Assembly: GCA_965217185.1 (NCBI GenBank)
Contig: OZ244252.1
Span: 1,920,001 to 1,984,000 of the forward strand
DNA from: an uncultured Candidatus Entotheonella sp.
GTDB lineage: Bacteria; Tectomicrobia; Entotheonellia; Entotheonellales; Entotheonellaceae
Length of the DNA: 64,000 bases
Direction of reading: 5' to 3'
The notes under the pieces were generated by a model. That model was not told the origin of the DNA and made no database searches. It saw nothing but the letters and a program-made list of their open reading frames with translations. This document shows, piece after piece, positions 59,187 through 64,000 of the stretch. Numbering within the stretch: the first letter of the stretch is position 1; every line of letters begins with the position of its first letter. Made by a program: the position numbers and the translations under genes.

Positions 59187-59972
59187 CTACCAACGTCCGC
59201 GCGCCCGCTCCTTGCCCGGCAGCACTTCCAGGCAGGTCGTCCACCAGCCGGAGCGGATCGTCTCGACGAACGCCTCGGGCAACTGCTCTTGCCGCATGTC
59301 GCGCGCCAACGCCTCGTAGTCGTAATACACCGGAATGAACGCCACCTGCAGGTCGGGGTCGGCCGTCAGCAGGGTGTACCAGACGTGCGTCTCGCCGTCG
59401 TTCTCCGGGCGCCCGATAACGCCGACGTTCACGGCGTGCCGATCGTCCGGCAGGCGGCGATGCCACTTGATCCCCGTATGGGTGCACAACAGCACGTCCC
59501 CCTCGTAGTCGCCGCACAGCTTGCTGAGAAAGCCGTCCGGCGTCGTGCTCTCCCAAAGAAATTCGTTCACCTGCCGCGGCGAGCCGTGGGACATGTGCAG
59601 TTGGTAATTTCCCAACTGCACGCGCAGCACGTCCGGCAGGGTGCGCAACCAGCGCTTGTTTTCCTCCGAGGTGTGCCGAAAGGTGTATTCGTAGCTCAGC
59701 GCCGCGTAGTAGTTGTCGCGCGGGTCGGTGTAGCCGCAACCGCAGTCTGTCAGCCCTTCGGCCAACGAGACGTCGTAGTTACCGCGCATGACCTGCACGC
59801 CGGATTCCCGCAACAACGGATAAACACGGTCCGGGCAGGGACCGAAGCCGCCCAGGTCGCCGAGGCAGAACAGCGCCTCAGCTTGGCGCCGGCGGGCGTC
59901 CTCGATCGTCGCGGCCAGGGCCTGGTAATTGCTGTACACCCCACCGAAGACGGCGATGCGGCGATAGAACAT
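59187..59972 (-). CDS. Atypical Cys-rich metallophosphoesterase-fold protein
   Basis: LGDLGG, RGNYD, HGSP and NVG motifs, with altered first and last metal motifs. Confidence 0.8.
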   Translation of the reverse strand: MFYRRIAVFGGVYSNYQALAATIEDARRRQAEALFCLGDLGGFGPCPDRVYPLLRESGVQVMRGNYDVSLAEGLTDCGCGYTDPRDNYYAALSYEYTFRHTSEENKRWLRTLPDVLRVQLGNYQLHMSHGSPRQVNEFLWESTTPDGFLSKLCGDYEGDVLLCTHTGIKWHRRLPDDRHAVNVGVIGRPENDGETHVWYTLLTADPDLQVAFIPVYYDYEALARDMRQEQLPEAFVETIRSGWWTTCLEVLPGKERARGRW

Positions 59973-59979
59973 GTTGTCC

Positions 59980-60867
59980 TCAGTAGTTGCTGCACGTCAT
60001 GCCGGTGACGTAGCAGGTATGGCAGGCTGTGTGGTAGAGCGAGCAGGGCTGCATCGCCTCACTGAGCGAGTCCGTCGACAGGCGGGCTTCCGGCTCCCCT
60101 ACCAACAGCGGACAGGCGTAGACGCCGCCATCGGCAACGATGCGGGATTTGGTGCACTGCAGCGTGGAGACGTCGAAGCCGTGCATCATGCCGGGGGTGA
60201 CGTATGCGGCGCCCGTTTCCGAGGAGTGCAGCTTTCCCATGGCGAACACGGGAATCACTTTAAGGCGTGGTTTTTCGATGCCGTTTTCCAGCAGGAAATC
60301 CCGGAATTTCTGGTAAAAGCCGCTGCCGCTGCCCGGCTCCTGCGGGGTTGTCCCCTGCGCCTCGTAGAAGTATTCCGTTACCGCCACGATGGGTGGCAGT
60401 CCCCGCTCCTGTAGCAGCTGCAGCGCCCGCAACGCCCGGCGCAAGGCGCCCTTGCCGCGTACGGCGTCGTTTCGCGCCTCGTCCACGTCGTCCAGGCTGA
60501 TGCGCATCTCCAGGGAATAACGCGACGTGGCGGCCAGTGTCGCCAACTCGTCGGCCACGGTCGGGGTGATCAGGGTGCCATTTGTCAGCACCGACGTGGC
60601 GGCCACCTGCAGCGAACGCGTCAGGATCGGGATGATCTGCTTGTGCAGAAACGGCTCGCCGCCGGTGAAGTACACCTCCCGCACGCCGTGCGTCTCGGCT
60701 TCGTCGAGGTATCGGTACACGGTCTCCGGCGCCACAAACTTGAGGGCGTGATTGGTCGGGCTACAGGATATGAAGCAGTGGCTGCACGCCAGGTTGCACA
60801 GGGTTCCGGTCAGTTGGAACCACAGGGCGTGCAGGTTATGGAAAGGTGCCTGGGGTATGGTCTGCAT
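59980..60867 (-). CDS. Radical SAM protein with Cys-rich C-terminus
   Basis: CNLACSHC, FTGGEPF, TNGTL, ACPLL and CHTCYVTGMTC motifs. Confidence 0.88.
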   Translation of the reverse strand: MQTIPQAPFHNLHALWFQLTGTLCNLACSHCFISCSPTNHALKFVAPETVYRYLDEAETHGVREVYFTGGEPFLHKQIIPILTRSLQVAATSVLTNGTLITPTVADELATLAATSRYSLEMRISLDDVDEARNDAVRGKGALRRALRALQLLQERGLPPIVAVTEYFYEAQGTTPQEPGSGSGFYQKFRDFLLENGIEKPRLKVIPVFAMGKLHSSETGAAYVTPGMMHGFDVSTLQCTKSRIVADGGVYACPLLVGEPEARLSTDSLSEAMQPCSLYHTACHTCYVTGMTCSNY

Positions 60868-61009
60868 GATAGGGTTTCCCTGAGCCAAGAGGCCCTCGTG
60901 TTGACCGTGCCGGGGAGGTAGGTGTCGGTGGCGATTGTATCAGGCACCCAGATTTGCGACAATGACCGGCGTTTTTTCGAGTTCAAAACCGCCGAATAAG
61001 GGCTTCTGC

Positions 61010-61909
61010 GTGAACACCGACGTGCAGCAGGCGCTGGCGCATTGCCGAGAGGTGACCCGCCAGCAAGCCAGGAATTTCTATTACGCCTTTCTGTTCCTGC
61101 CCTCCGACAAGCGCGCCGCCGTCTACAGCGTCTATGCCTTCTGCCGCCACAGCGATGATATTGCCGACGAGCCCGGCACCCTCCACGACAAACAAGACCG
61201 ACTAAGAGCCTGGCGCGACGAGTTGGACAATTGCTACAACGGCAGGCCGACGCGCCTCATCACGCGCGCTCTGCGGCACACCATCGAGCGGTATCCCATC
61301 CCACAACGCTACTTCCAGGACTTACTGCAGGGTGTCGAGATGGACCTGACCGTGCAGCGTTACGCCTCGTTCGACGACCTGCGGGTGTACTGCTACCGGG
61401 TCGCCTCAGCGATCGGCCTGGCCTGTCTGGAAATTTTCGGCTACCGCCATTCCGGCGTCCGGACGTATGCCCGCCATCTCGGCATCGCCCTACAGCTTAC
61501 CAACATCCTGCGCGACGTCCGGGAAGACGCCGAGCGCGGCCGCATCTACCTGCCGCAGGAAGATTTACGGGCCTTTGGCGTCCGTGAGGACGACGTGCTG
61601 CAGAGACTTTACACGACGGCCTTTGCTGCGCTGATGCAGTTTCAGCAGGAGCGCATCCTGAGTTATTACCGCCGAGCCGCCGCCTGCCTGCTGCCGGGCG
61701 ACCGGGCCGGACTGATGGCGCCGGAAATCATGGCCGCCATCTACCGCGCGACGCTTCACAAGATGCGACGCCGGCACTTCAACGTCTTTCGCGGCCGCAC
61801 GCGCCTGTCAGGACTGCACAAACTGGCCATCGGCCTGGGGACGTTCGTGTCGCTGCGGACCCGCGACAGGTGGCCGGGGCGACGCCAAACGGCAACCGGC
61901 AGCGGATGA
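61010..61909 (+). CDS. Squalene/phytoene synthase family (HpnD-like)
   Basis: NFYYAF, YAFCRHSDDIAD, YCYRVAS and LQLTNILRDVREDAERGRIYLP motifs. Confidence 0.9.
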   Translation: MNTDVQQALAHCREVTRQQARNFYYAFLFLPSDKRAAVYSVYAFCRHSDDIADEPGTLHDKQDRLRAWRDELDNCYNGRPTRLITRALRHTIERYPIPQRYFQDLLQGVEMDLTVQRYASFDDLRVYCYRVASAIGLACLEIFGYRHSGVRTYARHLGIALQLTNILRDVREDAERGRIYLPQEDLRAFGVREDDVLQRLYTTAFAALMQFQQERILSYYRRAAACLLPGDRAGLMAPEIMAAIYRATLHKMRRRHFNVFRGRTRLSGLHKLAIGLGTFVSLRTRDRWPGRRQTATGSG

Positions 61910-62991
61910 GGAGAACGCCGTTGACAACCCAGCGCCCCAGCGGTTCCATGCAGGCGGCGGTTCTCTATGGACCGAGCGAAGTTGCCATCGAAACGCTGCC
62001 TGTCCCCGACATCGGCCCGGGCGACGTGCTGGTTCGCGTGGCCGCTGCCACCACCTGCGGCACCGATCTGAAGGTGTTTTTGCAGGGTCGCCACGCGCGC
62101 ATGCTGACGCCGCCATCGGTCTTCGGACACGAGTTCAGCGGCACGGTGGCGGCTGTCGGCAGCCAAGTGCGGGGATTCGAGCCCGGCATGCGGGTGGCGT
62201 CCAACAACTCAGCGCCGTGTGGGTGTTGTTACTACTGCGTCCGCGGGCAGCCAAACCTGTGCGACGATCTGGTGTTCATCAACGGCGCCTATGCCGAGTA
62301 CATCGCGGTGCCGGAGCGCATCGTACGCACCAACCTGCTGCGCCTTCCCGATGACCTCGCTTTTCCCGTCGCGTGCATCACCGAACCCCTGGCCTGCGTG
62401 CTGCATTGCCTGGACCTGGCTCATTTTGCGACCGGGGACACCGTCGTGGTGAACGGTGATGGCCCCAGCGGTCTGATGTTGGCAGCCATGGCCAAGCGGC
62501 GCGGCGCGCGGGTGATACTGTGCGGCCGGGCACCGCAACGTCTGCGGGTGGCACAGCAGTTCGGTATCGAATGGCTGGTCAACTACGCCGAGGTACCCGA
62601 TCAGGTCGAGGCGGTGCGCGCCCTGACGGAAGATCGTCGCGGCGTGGAAGTGGCCATCGAGGCGGTGGGACGCCCCGATGTCTGGGAAACCACCACGGCG
62701 ATGGTCCGCAAGGGCGGCCAAGCCATTTTTTACGGCGGCCCCCCTGGCGGCACCAGCATGCGCGTGGATGCCCCGGCTCTCCACTACGACCAGATTACCT
62801 TGCAGGGCGTATTCCACAACACACCCGCGCACGTCGCGCAGGCCCTGGAAATCCTGACGGATCCCACATTACCTTGGGCCTCGTTATTGAGTGCCACCTT
62901 GCCGCTGGCCCGTCTCCCGGAGGCTTTCCAATTGATGATGGCCCGTGAGGCGCTCAAGGTAGTCATCCTGCCGACACCGCAGCCAGATTGA
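61906..62991 (+). CDS. Zinc-dependent alcohol/polyol dehydrogenase (start may be 61948)
   Basis: CGTD, GHEFSG, CGCCYYC...C structural Zn motif and EPLAC. Confidence 0.9.
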   Translation: MRRTPLTTQRPSGSMQAAVLYGPSEVAIETLPVPDIGPGDVLVRVAAATTCGTDLKVFLQGRHARMLTPPSVFGHEFSGTVAAVGSQVRGFEPGMRVASNNSAPCGCCYYCVRGQPNLCDDLVFINGAYAEYIAVPERIVRTNLLRLPDDLAFPVACITEPLACVLHCLDLAHFATGDTVVVNGDGPSGLMLAAMAKRRGARVILCGRAPQRLRVAQQFGIEWLVNYAEVPDQVEAVRALTEDRRGVEVAIEAVGRPDVWETTTAMVRKGGQAIFYGGPPGGTSMRVDAPALHYDQITLQGVFHNTPAHVAQALEILTDPTLPWASLLSATLPLARLPEAFQLMMAREALKVVILPTPQPD

Positions 62992-63175
62992 ACTTACCCC
63001 CAATTTGGGCAGGGAATTTGGGGTTTTTCGCCGCCACATTTTCGGCTACGCCCTTGACTTTACGGGCGGGAATGTGGAACGCTATAGACGAAACTCCCGC
63101 ATAATAAGGGGGTTAGCTTGTACATTTTGTTAGAGTGCTTACGTGCTGCGACCTACGGTAAGGAGGTAAGGACAT

Positions 63176-63475
63176 ATGACGAAGGCCGAATTCATTGATC
63201 AGGTAGTCAAGTCTGCGGGCGTGGAACTCAGCAAGAAGGACGCTGCCGGGGTCCTGGACACCGTTTTTAGCGTCATCGGTAAAGCAATCAAGGACGAGGA
63301 TCGCTTTTCCTATCCGGGGTTTGGCACCTTTACAGTCAAGGAGCGATCAGCCCGCAAGGGCCGCAACCCGCGTACGGGCGCTGCGATCGACATCAAAGCC
63401 AGCAAAACTGTCGGCTTCAAGCCGGCTCCCGGCCTCAAGCAAAATCTCGTCGCTCCGGCAAGACGACGCCGTTAA
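63176..63475 (+). CDS. hup: DNA-binding protein HU
   Basis: MTKAEFI...GFGTF...RKGRNPRTG...FKP; AGGAGG RBS. Confidence 0.95.
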   Translation: MTKAEFIDQVVKSAGVELSKKDAAGVLDTVFSVIGKAIKDEDRFSYPGFGTFTVKERSARKGRNPRTGAAIDIKASKTVGFKPAPGLKQNLVAPARRRR

Positions 63476-63554
63476 GTTCTGAAATACCTGCACCAGACCA
63501 TTCGGGGCGGAGAGTAACGGCCAACACCCAACAAACGCAACTCGCCGCCCCTGA

Positions 63555-64000
63555 TCAATATCCCAGAGCGCATCCATCTTTCCGATAATCGCTCCCACCT
63601 TGCAAGACACCTCGTTCGTGATCGATCAAAATGGCTTGGCCGCCGCCGTAAGATACGTTTTGCGCGCCGCGCGGCCACAGTTCGTGCCCCATAAAGCCCA
63701 ACTCGTCCCGCACCACCTGCGGGACGGCGTGTTCCAGCGCCACTTCGCGGCCGCCCATGATGCGACAGCGTGGCGCCTCCAGAGCCTCCTGGACGTTCAT
63801 GCCAAAATCGATGCTGTTGAGAGCTACCTGCACGTGCCCCTGCGCCTGCATGTGGCCGCCCATGACGCCGTAACACAGCCACGGCTTGCCGTCGCGCAGA
63901 ATCATCGCCGGAATGATGGTGTGGAAGGGGCGCTTACCCGGTTGCAAAGCGTTCGGATGGCTGGGGTCGGCGACGAAACCGGCACCGCGGTTCTGCAGAC
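63555..64000 (-). CDS. ggt: Gamma-glutamyltransferase, C-terminal part (runs off the window)
   Basis: LQNRGAGF, PGKRPFHTIIP, GVMGGHMQAQG and SDYRKDG motifs. Confidence 0.9.
   Translation of the reverse strand, partial: LQNRGAGFVADPSHPNALQPGKRPFHTIIPAMILRDGKPWLCYGVMGGHMQAQGHVQVALNSIDFGMNVQEALEAPRCRIMGGREVALEHAVPQVVRDELGFMGHELWPRGAQNVSYGGGQAILIDHERGVLQGGSDYRKDGCALGY

Noticed and set aside
1..64000. CRISPR array or cas genes
   Set aside because: No regularly spaced direct repeats; the repeats found are dispersed palindromes.

Overview
GC-rich bacterial chromosome window. The housekeeping genes (rel, rpmB, recG, moaB, folK/folB/folE, acs, nadE, amt, HU, an HpnD-like synthase) suggest a Deltaproteobacteria-like or Tectomicrobia-like organism; this is an inference, not a classification. 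The strongest hidden signal is selenium recoding. A GrdE-like/GrdB-like (glycine/sarcosine/betaine reductase component B) pair at 5760-8421 reads through an in-frame TGA (8146-8148) followed by a SECIS-like hairpin, and a complete tRNA-Sec (selC) lies at 32016-32112. Both Grd subunits are atypical: the GrdB-like chain has U-G-T-G-T-R-S instead of U-G-T-C-T-R-C, the GrdE-like chain lacks the Cys that forms the pyruvoyl group, and no GrdA/C/D genes are in the window. A second, weaker Sec candidate lies at 45861. Accessory content includes an IS481 element with a CCTG duplication splitting an NYN gene, a helicase-less type ISP/IIG restriction-modification gene, orphan antitoxin-like genes, four GTAG-type REPs and CTAG/TTAG-bounded MITEs. 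A decaying regulator island (about 20.5-29.5 kb) holds inverted LysR duplicates, two LuxR-type paralogs with a shared downstream palindrome, and remnants of secreted-protein genes. Other notable clusters are a radical SAM plus remodelled metallophosphoesterase pair, a radical SAM/PCP_red-domain cluster, and a signal-less DUF1800-DUF1501-NHL-GlcF operon. No rRNA or CRISPR array was seen.
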